DNA of 64,000 nucleotides from Candidatus Bathyarchaeota archaeon (GCA_963833575.1 CAWHXY010000006.1:96001-160000); one strand, 5' to 3'. Shown: positions 11,962 through 23,176, numbered from the stretch's first letter. Numbers and translations are program-made. The notes: generated by a model from the letters alone, not told the origin.

Positions 11962-12097
11962 CCAACATAAACCCAACGAAATACAGTGGAACTACAAAGA
12001 GCCGAATAGTTGCGTGTAAGTCAATAAAAATGGTTAACCTCTATACCCCATTTTTTGGGATTAACTCTTTTAGGAAACTGATAGGAAGGGCATTAAT

Positions 12098-12616
12098 GTG
12101 ACAAACCTTGACACAGAAGAACTTGAAGGCACAACCCTAAACGTCTACGCCTGCATGGTGAAAGAAGGCAAACCTTTGGGTCCCAGAGAGACCATGCGAC
12201 TAGCCAACCTTAGCAGTCCAAGCGTGGCTTACTGGCATCTACAAAAACTCGAATCATTTGGCTTAATAACAAAAAACGAATACGGCGAATACTTTATCAA
12301 AGAAAAAGTAAACATCAGCGGCCATTTCTGGATTGGAAAGACCCTTGTGCCCCGCCTAATTTTTTACTCATTTTTCTTTTTCGGCATTTTATGCGTAGAA
12401 GCCATAACAACTGCCATCCTCTTTTTCCAAAGAGGCCAGATACCCAGTCTTTATACGTTTTACTTGATGGCCCCAACCGCCATTGCCATGGTGCTGTTAC
12501 TAAGTGAAGGCATCTGGCTTCGAAGAAAAACACAAAGTGAAAACAATAGAAAAAAACGTAACCCCACAAAAACACAGGCAAGTGCGCCAAATGTTGCTGG
12601 TGAAGTACATGAATAA
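12098..12616 (+). CDS. Winged-HTH protein with two C-terminal TM helices
   Basis: LSSPSVAYWHLQKLESFGLI HTH followed by two hydrophobic segments. Confidence 0.78.
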   Translation: MTNLDTEELEGTTLNVYACMVKEGKPLGPRETMRLANLSSPSVAYWHLQKLESFGLITKNEYGEYFIKEKVNISGHFWIGKTLVPRLIFYSFFFFGILCVEAITTAILFFQRGQIPSLYTFYLMAPTAIAMVLLLSEGIWLRRKTQSENNRKKRNPTKTQASAPNVAGEVHE

Positions 12617-12773
12617 GTTCATCAAGAAAGATTTGGAGAACCTAGAGTTCGCAGACCACAAACGCTTCTGCGAAAACTGCGGCAGGGAAACGTTCAGGTG
12701 GACTTGCTGTGGGAAGCGAACCTCGCGGGTGAAAATGCAGCCTATTCTTAAGGATAAACTACAGGTCAAATAA
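12609..12773 (+). CDS. Small zinc-ribbon protein (54 aa)
   Basis: CENC...CCG motifs; ATG overlaps the end of the upstream gene. Confidence 0.5.
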   Translation: MNKFIKKDLENLEFADHKRFCENCGRETFRWTCCGKRTSRVKMQPILKDKLQVK

Positions 12774-13053
12774 GAAAAAGGAAAAACCTCTCTATTGACC
12801 CTTTCTCATCTTTTCCACTCTTAACTTTCTAAAAAGAAAAGTCGTTTAGTAGACTAGCGAATCCAATGGCGGGCCGGCTGGAATACGCTAGTCTGGAATA
12901 GAATTTAACTTGTTTTTTCCTTTTTTTCTCTTCTCAAGGTGGGTCTTGAATTCATATGCGGAATTCAGGGTTAGTAACCGAATTTTCGGAAAAACAAGGC
13001 AGCCTTCTCATTCGGTTAAAGAGGGAATTTTGCGAGTGGAGGGGATTTGCTCC

Positions 13054-13458
13054 TCAATCACCGAGGCGATAATATGTTCGTTGTCCGTACAGCATGTACC
13101 CGATCCCTATTAAGATGAGAATGTACTCACTGGCGGTAACGGCTGGCGGAGGGGAGACTGTAAAGAAAAACTTTGCTTGATCGGCGGGCGCTGTGAAGAA
13201 AAGGAGCGCAGCGTCGATTATCGCCAAAACGCCGGCGAGTTTTCGTCTTCGGAACAGCGTAACCAGTCCTGCAATCGGAAGCAGCAACCCTACGGCAACA
13301 AAAAACACAGCGAATGCCAGAGTCCGTATTTCCTTCATACGGGTCTCAAAGCCCAACGGTGTCAACAGAAAACCCAGAATGATTCCCACCACAAACAAAA
13401 CTGCCAATATCCGCTCTGTATTCCCAAAAGACCTCTTTGAATTAGATAATGAAAACAT
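13054..13458 (-). CDS. Hypothetical membrane protein (about 4 TM)
   Basis: Four hydrophobic segments. Confidence 0.65.
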   Translation of the reverse strand: MFSLSNSKRSFGNTERILAVLFVVGIILGFLLTPLGFETRMKEIRTLAFAVFFVAVGLLLPIAGLVTLFRRRKLAGVLAIIDAALLFFTAPADQAKFFFTVSPPPAVTASEYILILIGIGYMLYGQRTYYRLGD

Positions 13459-13570
13459 TTCCTATGCTCCCCATTAAGGCACAAAAACTTCTAATAAAAT
13501 TAATTTACAAAGCAAAATATAAGTCTAATTTTACCCGAAGTAGAGCATCTCCGACCGTCTTGTAATCTCC

Positions 13571-13640
13571 ATGTCAAATTATGTCAAACAATGTCAATTT
13601 GTGTCAATTTGTGTCAAATTATGTCAAATTATGTCAAAAA
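13571..13640. repeat. Tandem 10-bp repeat x7, core RTGTCAA
   Basis: atgtcaaatt atgtcaaaca atgtcaattt gtgtcaattt gtgtcaaatt atgtcaaatt atgtcaaaaa. Confidence 0.9.
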
Positions 13641-13743
13641 ATGTATCAACCTGCAAACAATTCAAACCCTAAATCAAAAAAGCAATCTAAAACATAAAGA
13701 AAGAAATTGGACCGAATTTTTTACAAAGACACCGAAAGGTAAC

Positions 13744-14442
13744 TCAGAGACGTTGTGCAACTATCATTGCGTGTGCTTTGTCGAAGGGCTCTAAATTTAC
13801 AACTTCTTTTACGTCAAAGCCTCTTTTCCGCAAAACATTGGCTTCCTGGCGATAAACCGCATCTGGCTCCATGGTCACGTCAATGCTTTGCGATTTCACC
13901 GCTAACATAACCCAGCCACCGGGTTTTAGGAATACGTCGGCGTTGTCTGCTAAGAGTTTTGCTTGTTCTGGTTGTGCTACGTCGCAGTAGATGGTGTCTA
14001 CTTTGCCTGATATGAACATGGCATATCTTTCGGGCATTCGTGCGTCTTCGAGAAGGGGCGATATGTTTGAGCGGTAAGCGGCAACGTTGTTTACTAAGTC
14101 TCTGATTGATCGTTGAGCAAACTCTACGCAGTAAACATATCCAGTTTCGCCAACGATGTCGGAGACATGGCTGGGCGTGGTTCCTGAAGCAGCTCCTAAG
14201 TAAAGCACTTTAAAACCAGGTTCTATAGGCACGTTTTGGACGCCTTTAAGGATGGCTGCTGCAAGCTTACTTCGGAAGGCATCCCAAATGCGGTATTCAA
14301 CGCCCTTGACTTTAGCAAGTCGTTCACCATAAACATTTAAGCCAGGCGTTAAGTTGACAGTGGCTAACCGTTGGGAACCGTCTTCAAGAGAAGCTTGATA
14401 GATTTCTTTGAATTTAAGATGCGGTTTAACCCAGACGGTCAA
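13744..14442 (-). CDS. flpA: Fibrillarin-like rRNA/tRNA 2'-O-methyltransferase
   Basis: VYGE, WDAFRSKLAA, VLYLGAASGTT.SHVSD, DVAQPEQ. Confidence 0.97.
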   Translation of the reverse strand: MTVWVKPHLKFKEIYQASLEDGSQRLATVNLTPGLNVYGERLAKVKGVEYRIWDAFRSKLAAAILKGVQNVPIEPGFKVLYLGAASGTTPSHVSDIVGETGYVYCVEFAQRSIRDLVNNVAAYRSNISPLLEDARMPERYAMFISGKVDTIYCDVAQPEQAKLLADNADVFLKPGGWVMLAVKSQSIDVTMEPDAVYRQEANVLRKRGFDVKEVVNLEPFDKAHAMIVAQRL

Positions 14443-15737
14443 CGCCGTTCTCTTCTCCGATTCCTATCCCTACGCGGCCCACCATGATCTCTAAATGGAC
14501 GACCCCCACCTTCACGCGGCCTAAACGGTCGCTCTCCACCTTCTCTACGTTCAAATGATGGCCTCGGTTTAGGTTCCTTAGGTGGCGGCGGCTCCTTATA
14601 CTTCTCATGAATTTCTTCTAAACGTTTGTTAATATCAGCTTTTAATCTATCTCCGATATAGTGTCCTCCGAAAGCGTCAGCTCTCGCAGCGATAGCTAGT
14701 TTCCCAGCGATTACCCGCGCAATTTTTCCTCTCTGCCACCGCTTAGCATCATGCAAAAGGGTATGCTGGAAAATCAAGCCATGTTTTGGCGGACGAGCAC
14801 CTGTCTTTAATGAACGAAAAAGAGCTTTTTCTGCACCTAAAACCTGTATGGTGCTTGCTGGTCTCATAGCTAGATTCTGCAAGCTACCTGCAATAGCGAT
14901 TAATCTTGCACCCAGAAGTGAACCTGCAACTGCACGTACGTTAGGCGCCATTTCCTCCATGGTCGTGTCAACATAGCTATCCATGTTCTTGCGTAACTCA
15001 TAAAATGAAAGAACGTTGCGAGCTAATTCTTGTATCTGCTCCAAATCACGTTCTGCAATATCTGCTCCCATAGATGATTCAGCGGCTTTCACTACCAATT
15101 GGGATCTTTCTTTAGGAATATTTTCTTTCTCCAAAGCCTCGGCACTGTAGCTTTCTCTATCACCCAAGTTCATAACAAGTCTAGAGTAAGTTTCGTGTTT
15201 TTCGACTAAACGATCAAGCTCAGGAAAATACACACCATACCACTCTCTGAGTCTACCCATAAACAAGTTAACAGTACGATCTAAATCATCCAGCGTTTGT
15301 ATGCCTTGAGCTATAATCAGGTCTCTCTTTTCTGATGCACCTTTGATTCTTAATTTGGCAAGTTCCATGCTGACATTGCGGTTCCAAAGACTAAGTTCCT
15401 GCTCATCTTTAACAAAACCTGATTCAACTGCAACCTCATTCATTCGAGAACGTAAAACTTCAGCTTCTGCAGGTTTTGCAACCTCAACATTAACATTCAT
15501 TTTCCGCTGAACTTCTTCAGCCAAATTAGCTTTTTCAAAAACGAAAACGTCATAATCTGCATTTTTTAGTAGTGAAATTAAGAAGAAAACCTCATCAGGC
15601 ATTTTGCCAGCTTCCGTTTTTAGCAAGCTTCTTGCTGCTGCTTGAGGTTTCTTCGTAAATAGAACATTTTCAACTACACTATTTTTATCGTCGAAAGCCG
15701 CGACGCCGAACGGGAATTGGATTAGGAATGCTTTCAT
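14439..15737 (-). CDS. nop5: C/D box RNP protein Nop5 (Nop56/58)
   Basis: LREWYG.YFPEL, PASTIQVLGAEKALF, PPKHGLIFQH; R/G/E-rich tail; operon with fibrillarin. Confidence 0.96.
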   Translation of the reverse strand: MKAFLIQFPFGVAAFDDKNSVVENVLFTKKPQAAARSLLKTEAGKMPDEVFFLISLLKNADYDVFVFEKANLAEEVQRKMNVNVEVAKPAEAEVLRSRMNEVAVESGFVKDEQELSLWNRNVSMELAKLRIKGASEKRDLIIAQGIQTLDDLDRTVNLFMGRLREWYGVYFPELDRLVEKHETYSRLVMNLGDRESYSAEALEKENIPKERSQLVVKAAESSMGADIAERDLEQIQELARNVLSFYELRKNMDSYVDTTMEEMAPNVRAVAGSLLGARLIAIAGSLQNLAMRPASTIQVLGAEKALFRSLKTGARPPKHGLIFQHTLLHDAKRWQRGKIARVIAGKLAIAARADAFGGHYIGDRLKADINKRLEEIHEKYKEPPPPKEPKPRPSFERREGGERPFRPREGGGRPFRDHGGPRRDRNRRRERR

Positions 15738-15879
15738 ATTTTCTAAGCCCCAATAAACTATGTATTGTCACTGGTTTAACTTAATAAATAGTTTTGTTGC
15801 CTAAATTGAAAGAGCCATATTTCTCTATGAAAGGAACTCGTTTCTTCTACGGAGCCTAAAAGGTCATAGAACAAAAGAA

Positions 15880-15995
15880 AAGAAAAAGATTAACTTAGAT
15901 GCCGACAAAAAATTCGGAAGAGAGAGGGGAATCATTTGCCCGCATCTAAGCTAACATTATCTCACGCTTTGGGATCGTCCTTTTGCGCGATACTA
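15880..15995 (-). ncRNA. Candidate two-hairpin small RNA
   Basis: Minus-strand TTATATAT box near 16013-16020; hairpin TCGCGC/GCGTGA; long hairpin CTTAGATGC (15942-15950)/GCATCTAAG (15894-15902); then a T-rich tract. Confidence 0.35.
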
Positions 15996-16163
15996 TCAAT
16001 GCGCTTTGAATGATATATAACGATGTGACTGTACAATTACAGCAACAATTTTAAAAAAATGAATTTTTCCTTTACAGAACATTACGGAAGCAGTGAAGGT
16101 TCGATTTTAATCTGTAGAAACGATAGTTGCAGTTAAGTTTAAAGTCTGCAGTTAAATTATAGG

Positions 16164-18419
16164 TTGAGCACCGATCTTGGAGCTCAGAGGAAAAGGGTTA
16201 TGGTAAATCAGCCACCACAACGTGCACGCGGCGTAAAAGTTCTAAAAGCAGTCTCTTCACCGCTCAGGCTGCAAATCCTGAACCTACTTTTCGACAAAAG
16301 CGCACTCTCATATACTGAATTAATGAATCAACTAAAAATGAATCCCAGCCGAGATGCAGGCAGATTCGCTTATCACTTAAAATTCATGTTAAAAGCAGAT
16401 TTGGTTGAAGCAGATGTTGAAGCAAAAAAATACTTTTTGACTGACCTTGGCAAAATGGTTCTCGATGTAGCTGACCGCGTGGAGAGGAAAGCGTTTAAGC
16501 CGAGAGGCATGCTTGTTCGTACTTCACATTTAACTCTAGAAGAATTTGACGCAAACAAAATAGCCAATTCACTCATAAGAGAAGCTAAGGTGCCACCTGA
16601 ACTTGCTCAGAAAACAGCTAAAGAAACTGAAAAACGTCTAATCAAATCAAAAACAAAGTATCTTACTGCTTCCCTAATCAGGGAAGTAGTAAATGGCATT
16701 CTAATTGAGAAAGGGTACGAAGAGTACCGCAATAAACTCACAAGAGTCGGAATGCCCGTACATGAAGTAACAACTTCAATAGAGGCGAAAGACCAAGCCA
16801 TAGACTCAACAACGTTACTTGCAAGGGCAGGTCAAACAGTTCTTGGCGAATACACGCTGCTCAACATTTTTCCAAGAGACATAGCTGATGCTCACCTTTC
16901 AGGTACCATCCACGTTGATAGTTTAGGTACATGGATTCTTAAGACCAACGAAGTCAGCCACGATCTACGGTTTTTCTTTCAAAACGGTGTAAAGTTGGAC
17001 AATCCGCTTCAAACTTCAATGGATCCGCCGAGCGATTTCGAATCTGCCTTTGCAATTGCTTTCAATGTGCTTTTGCATGCGAACAAAGAAACAAATCGTA
17101 CTCAAATATACAATTACTTTAACGTTTTTCTTGCGCCCTTCATCAAGGGCACAGAAATACAAAGAATAAAAGAAAATCTACGTTTACTAATTTTGAATCT
17201 AAATCAGCATGTTGAAGCCACTTTGGTCCTTGATCTCATAATTCCAAAATTAACTGCGGAAAAAGAAGCAATTGGCCCAATGGGAAAAATAGTTGGAAAA
17301 TACAGTGACTTTGTCCAAGAAAGCCAACTATTGGCATCTCTTATCCTTGAAGTTTTTTTGGAAGAGAACGCTAAGAGACCGCTTCTCAATCCCAAGCTAA
17401 TCATTAAAATAAATAAGGAGTCCTTAGAAGACGAAAAATTGAGAGAAGTTCTTCTGAAGGCGCATCGTTTGGCAGCAGAAAGAGGAACGCCTTACTTCGC
17501 TAACACTACAAAGAAAGAAACAGAAAACACTGTTTTTTCGCCTTCAGGAGTCAAACTGGCGGCTGATCTAACCGGAGATTGGGAAACTGACACTCTGCGC
17601 ACGGGCTGTCTTGGATGCGTAACAATAAATTTACCAAGAATTACTCAAGAAAGTGAAAAAGACCAAAACAAGTTTTTCGAGCTTATACGAGAACGTTTTG
17701 AACTTGCCGCCCGAGCTATAGGAATAAAAAACAATGCGTTAAAACAGTTCGGAAAAAACTCAATGCCTTTCCTATTAAAAAGCTCAAGCGGAGATACATA
17801 TTTCAGGCTCGAAAACTGTTCCAGAATCATTAATTTGGCTGGGTTCCGAGAAGCCGTAGAAGCTTTCACTGAAAAAAGTATAAATTCGGAAGAGAGCCGC
17901 AGGTTCACAGAAGAAATTATTCAAAACCTCTTGGCCTTTAAACAGAAAATTGGCAGAAAACATGGAAGACGTCTTTACCCGGCTATACTCGGCGACGTTG
18001 AGGCTTCAGAACGTCTCGCACAATTAGATATAGAAAAGTACGGTATTGCCAAAGTTAAGTTTTCGGGAACCCGTGAGAAACCCTATTACTCAACCCTTAA
18101 AAGATTCCAAGTTAGACCTGCAGGTGAGCTCCTTAGTCTTCAAACTGATGCGATTGATACGGCACAAAAATTCAAAGGGCTAAACACTGGCGGAAGCCTA
18201 AGCATATTAGAGTTGGAATCCAGTGAAGTTAAACCTGAAGCGTTAATGGATTTGACAAGACGCTTAATTGAGAACCAAACCTTGGAATTTTTCACTTACA
18301 ACCGCATAATTAGTTACTGTGATAACTGCAAGAAAAGTTGGTTTGGAACCCTGCACAAATGCGCATGCTGCGGCTCCATGAGTGCACTGACCACTTTCGA
18401 CCGCTTTACTTCAACCTAA
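16164..18419 (+). CDS. ArsR-like HTH + ATP-cone + class III ribonucleotide reductase (NrdD)-like protein, probably non-catalytic
   Basis: SSPLRLQIL HTH; LVRTS..EEFDANKI ATP cone; AHLSGTIH, VTINLPR, PYYS, GG and CxxC..CxxC NrdD features; no C-terminal RxxGY. Confidence 0.85.
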   Translation: MSTDLGAQRKRVMVNQPPQRARGVKVLKAVSSPLRLQILNLLFDKSALSYTELMNQLKMNPSRDAGRFAYHLKFMLKADLVEADVEAKKYFLTDLGKMVLDVADRVERKAFKPRGMLVRTSHLTLEEFDANKIANSLIREAKVPPELAQKTAKETEKRLIKSKTKYLTASLIREVVNGILIEKGYEEYRNKLTRVGMPVHEVTTSIEAKDQAIDSTTLLARAGQTVLGEYTLLNIFPRDIADAHLSGTIHVDSLGTWILKTNEVSHDLRFFFQNGVKLDNPLQTSMDPPSDFESAFAIAFNVLLHANKETNRTQIYNYFNVFLAPFIKGTEIQRIKENLRLLILNLNQHVEATLVLDLIIPKLTAEKEAIGPMGKIVGKYSDFVQESQLLASLILEVFLEENAKRPLLNPKLIIKINKESLEDEKLREVLLKAHRLAAERGTPYFANTTKKETENTVFSPSGVKLAADLTGDWETDTLRTGCLGCVTINLPRITQESEKDQNKFFELIRERFELAARAIGIKNNALKQFGKNSMPFLLKSSSGDTYFRLENCSRIINLAGFREAVEAFTEKSINSEESRRFTEEIIQNLLAFKQKIGRKHGRRLYPAILGDVEASERLAQLDIEKYGIAKVKFSGTREKPYYSTLKRFQVRPAGELLSLQTDAIDTAQKFKGLNTGGSLSILELESSEVKPEALMDLTRRLIENQTLEFFTYNRIISYCDNCKKSWFGTLHKCACCGSMSALTTFDRFTST

Positions 18420-18421
18420 AC

Positions 18422-19420
<999 letters not shown>

Positions 19421-19532
19421 TCAAGTTAGTGCTTATATGCTTTTGTTGTTGTTTCTCGTTTGCAACACACTTTTAATAGCAACCGTTAGGCAATATTATT
19501 TTAAATTAGAAATTTTGAAGGTGTTTTTGAAA

Positions 19533-19730
19533 ATGGAAACAATCATGGATAAAATTTCTAAACGAGAAAAAACCAAAGAATCTTTTAATTCTCTAGGATA
19601 CATGCCTAGAGTATTTGACGTTAGAGCACCTTGCCAATGGCTCGAACATTGCTATGACGGAAAATGCCCAGCATTTACAAAACTTAACGGAAACTTTTAC
19701 TGCGCACGACCTAACCAAAATCATAGCTAA
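19533..19730 (+). CDS. Small hypothetical protein with four Cys
   Basis: ATG after AAGGTG; C..C..C..C in the C-terminal half. Confidence 0.4.
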   Translation: METIMDKISKREKTKESFNSLGYMPRVFDVRAPCQWLEHCYDGKCPAFTKLNGNFYCARPNQNHS

Positions 19731-19805
19731 CTCATAAACTAAAGACCTGACTATCAGCAGCTCAATTCTAGCTATTTAACGAGCAACTGCAAGAATTATT
19801 TTACA

Positions 19806-20717
19806 TTAGCTCTTCAACATTGCAATCATTTCTTTTACAATGCCAACTGACTTCTCAAAACGTTCTCTTGTCTGAGCCGACAAGTCTAACTCAATTATTT
19901 TTTCAACTCCCTGTTTTCCAACAACCACTGGCACCCCGATTGAAACATCCGAGAAGCCATATTCTCCACTTAGACATGTTGATACGCTCATGACTCGGTT
20001 TCTTCCTGTCAAAATTGCGTCAGCAGTTATTGCTATGACAGTTCCGGGCGCATAGATTGTTGAGCCCTTAAGTTTGATTACATCCCCACCTGAACTGACT
20101 GTTAAATGCACTATTTTGTCAATTTGCTCAGATGTTAATAGGTTTGCAATTGGAATTCCCGATACAGAAGCGCATTCAATTAGTGGAACCATTGAATCGC
20201 CGTGCTCACCGATAACTAATGCACGTGTATCTTCTCTTGAAACGTTTAGTTCATTAGCGATGTATGTTCTAAACCGAAGTGTGTCCAAAATATTACCCAT
20301 ACCAAACAAGCAGCAACGAGGAAAACCAGATTCTTGAGCAGCAACATAAGTCATTACGTCAACTGGGTTAGTAACAATCATAAGTTTGCTGCCAGGTGCA
20401 TATTTAACTATTTCTTTAACGATCGATCGGATAATTTGTGCATTAGTATTCATAAGGTCAAAGCGACTCATATCAGGTCTTCTTCCAAAACCAGCAGTGA
20501 CAATTACAAGTTCCGACCCCTGCATTTCTTTGTAGTTGCTTGTTCCACGGATTGTGCCGTCAAATTCGATTGCGGGTGCCGCCTGCATCATATCAAGGGC
20601 TTCCCCCCGGGCTTGGTTTTCGTTTGCATCAATCAAAACGACATCGCTTATTTTGTAGCGAAGGATATCGAATGCAGCAGCACTTCCAACTTTGCCAGCT
20701 CCAATGACAGTTATCAT
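19806..20717 (-). CDS. mdh: Malate dehydrogenase (LDH-like)
   Basis: GAGKVG, RRPDMSR, VTNPVD, LDTLR, GEHGD. Confidence 0.92.
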   Translation of the reverse strand: MITVIGAGKVGSAAAFDILRYKISDVVLIDANENQARGEALDMMQAAPAIEFDGTIRGTSNYKEMQGSELVIVTAGFGRRPDMSRFDLMNTNAQIIRSIVKEIVKYAPGSKLMIVTNPVDVMTYVAAQESGFPRCCLFGMGNILDTLRFRTYIANELNVSREDTRALVIGEHGDSMVPLIECASVSGIPIANLLTSEQIDKIVHLTVSSGGDVIKLKGSTIYAPGTVIAITADAILTGRNRVMSVSTCLSGEYGFSDVSIGVPVVVGKQGVEKIIELDLSAQTRERFEKSVGIVKEMIAMLKS

Positions 20718-20926
20718 AACAAAGTAAGATTTGGAAGTTAGATATAACCCGCACGGATGCTCTACGTAAAGTAATGTTTAGGTAATCATCTTTTCTTTTC
20801 TGCTCTGGCAACTCAACCTAATTGTTTCTTAGCTATTTTTTTAAACAATATAAAGGTAAAGTGCTAATTAATACCTAAAGAGGGAATGTTGGGGGTTCAT
20901 CAATCAATAAGCATATACAGATTCTA

Positions 20927-22528
20927 ATGGTCATGCTTATTATTCCAATAATAGTTTTATCAGCATTCAATTTCCCCAGCACCAAAGCGACTGACGAAAA
21001 TTCCTCATGGACAACTATGACGCCCATGCCAACCGCTAGAGGTGGACTCGGTGTTGCCGCTGTAAATGGAAAAATCTATGCTGTCGGCGGCTTGAATGGT
21101 AATTCACCTGTTAACAATAATGAACAGTTTGACCCCATTTCAAATCAGTGGACCGTCGAAATGCCTATGCCTACTGCTAGAAGCGGTTTTGCAATTGCTG
21201 TTTATGATAACAAAATTTATTGTATAGGTGGAACAGTCGGCAATGGGTATGTTGCAAACAACGAAGTCTATGATCCCTCAACGAATACGTGGGAAACAAA
21301 GGCATCCATGCCTACTCCTAGATCTGACCTAACTGCAAGCGTAGTGAACGATAAGATTTACCTAATAGGTGGAAAAAAATATTCAAACGCTGACCCTTAT
21401 TTCATTGAAACTAACGTAAACGAGGTTTACGATCCAGCAAACAACACGTGGACTACTAAAGCATCTATCCCAACAGCTGTTTATGGATACGCCTCAGCGA
21501 CAATAAACGGAAAAGTCTACATTATCGGGGGATCAAATAATCCTACATCATCACAAAATGGCGCTTTAATTAACGCTAATCAAGTCTATGACCCCCAAAC
21601 CGATAACTGGAGTTTAGCGGCGAACTTACCTACCTTAGCAACATATGGCGCTGCAGCAGCAACTGAAGACTATATGGTACCTTCACGATTATATTTGGTA
21701 GGAGGATATCTTTGGGATACTTTTAGCAGCAAAACCCAAATCTATAATCCCTCTAACAATTCCTGGACCGAAGGCCCATCGCTACCTTCGCCCGAAGCGC
21801 ATTTGGGTCTTGCAGTTGTAAACGACATTTTATATGCAATCGGCGGATTTGATGGGCAAAATTGGTTAGATACAAATTCCCAATATAAACCTGCTGACTA
21901 TGGAACGGTGCCCCCGAAACTTGAAATTACGTCTCCTGAAAACAAGACTTATTCGCATGTAAATTTGACGTATAGTATCAACAGGGATGCTGATTGGACG
22001 GGTTATAGTGTAGATAATCAAGCGAATGTAACAATTACTGGAGGAACTAACATATTGGGCTTATCTCAAGGAGGACACAGTATAATATTGTACGCAAATG
22101 ATAGCCAAGGTAATATGGGTTCTTCTGGCACAGTTTACTTTTCAGTAGACTCGCTTCCTCCAACCATTGTTATAATGATTCCTCAAAACCAAACTTATGG
22201 TTCCACTGACATGCAATTGACTTTCACAATCAATAAGGCTGTCTCAAAGCTATCATACGATCTAGATGGTGAAGGAAACATAACAATAATTGGAAACGTA
22301 ACTTTGCCAGCGTTGTCTGATGGTTCACACCGTGTAACCGTTTACGCAACCGACTTACTGGGTAACTCTGGCTCAGCTGTCGTTTACTTTAACATAACGT
22401 CTTTTCCATTTATAGCGGTTGCAGCAACCGCAGCAATAGTAATTATAGCTTTAGCCGCTGGATTTCTGTTTTATAAACGCAGAAAACCAAGCAGCAACCA
22501 AGAACAAAAAAGTGTAATTGCCCAGTAA
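20927..22528 (+). CDS. Membrane-anchored Kelch-repeat protein with Ig-like domains
   Basis: Six GG..Y.P..W Kelch repeats; two PP.I.I..P.N.TY Ig-like repeats; C-terminal TM + KRRK. Confidence 0.9.
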   Translation: MVMLIIPIIVLSAFNFPSTKATDENSSWTTMTPMPTARGGLGVAAVNGKIYAVGGLNGNSPVNNNEQFDPISNQWTVEMPMPTARSGFAIAVYDNKIYCIGGTVGNGYVANNEVYDPSTNTWETKASMPTPRSDLTASVVNDKIYLIGGKKYSNADPYFIETNVNEVYDPANNTWTTKASIPTAVYGYASATINGKVYIIGGSNNPTSSQNGALINANQVYDPQTDNWSLAANLPTLATYGAAAATEDYMVPSRLYLVGGYLWDTFSSKTQIYNPSNNSWTEGPSLPSPEAHLGLAVVNDILYAIGGFDGQNWLDTNSQYKPADYGTVPPKLEITSPENKTYSHVNLTYSINRDADWTGYSVDNQANVTITGGTNILGLSQGGHSIILYANDSQGNMGSSGTVYFSVDSLPPTIVIMIPQNQTYGSTDMQLTFTINKAVSKLSYDLDGEGNITIIGNVTLPALSDGSHRVTVYATDLLGNSGSAVVYFNITSFPFIAVAATAAIVIIALAAGFLFYKRRKPSSNQEQKSVIAQ

Positions 22529-22610
22529 TAACAACTTATCGCGTTTTGGCGGCATTTTTTTTCTTTGTGTTTTAAGTTGCTTTTTTGTTTTAGGCTTTGA
22601 TTTGTCTGCA

Positions 22611-22700
22611 GGTTGCGTACAGATTCGGCTAGATTCGTACAGTTTCGTACAGAAAAGTAGAGAGAAGTAGGAAAAAGGTTAGAAAAGTAGGAAAAAGTCT
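22611..22700. repeat. Degenerate 10-bp-period intergenic repeat
   Basis: agattcggct agattcgtac agtttcgtac agaaaagtag agagaagtag gaaaaaggtt agaaaagtag gaaaaagtct. Confidence 0.6.
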
Positions 22701-22924
22701 AAAATAAGCTTAGAAAAATAGGTTGTGAAGATCTGTGTTTAACTTTTTTGGGAACGGGAATTGTCGATTAAATAACAGGGAACTATTTTATGAGATTGGT
22801 TCTAAATAATCAGATTCTTTAAGATTTTAATAATCCTTGCCAACATAATACATGTCTCAAAACTCGCTTTGTTAAGAAAAAAATTTAAGTAAACAAAAGC
22901 CAAGGTTCTTGAGGGGGGCATGCA

Positions 22925-23176
22925 TTGGGCTACGAAATTGATTACGCTGGTGGAGAACGAATGGGCTGTTCCTCTAAACTGGTAATAGCTGATAGAATTT
23001 TCTATGTCAAGCTATTTGGAAGTGGGCGATCAAGTTTTTTCTCGGGCGATCAGCAAGGAGTTATTCAGAAAGAAATTTCGCAATCTGAGTTTGACCTTTG
23101 GGTTAATATTTTAGCTGATAATGAGGCTGAAGCTCATGAAGCTCAAAAGAAGCTCAGTTTAGGAAAAAAATACTAA
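22925..23176 (+). CDS. Hypothetical protein (83 aa)
   Basis: GAGGGG SD before TTG; T-rich terminator after the stop. Confidence 0.65.
   Translation: MGYEIDYAGGERMGCSSKLVIADRIFYVKLFGSGRSSFFSGDQQGVIQKEISQSEFDLWVNILADNEAEAHEAQKKLSLGKKY

Noticed and set aside
13571-13640. Possible CRISPR array
   Set aside because: Units are 10 bp with no spacers, and there are no cas genes in the window
14439-14600. Repetitive R/G/E-rich stretch as a separate repeat element
   Set aside because: It is the low-complexity C-terminal tail of Nop5
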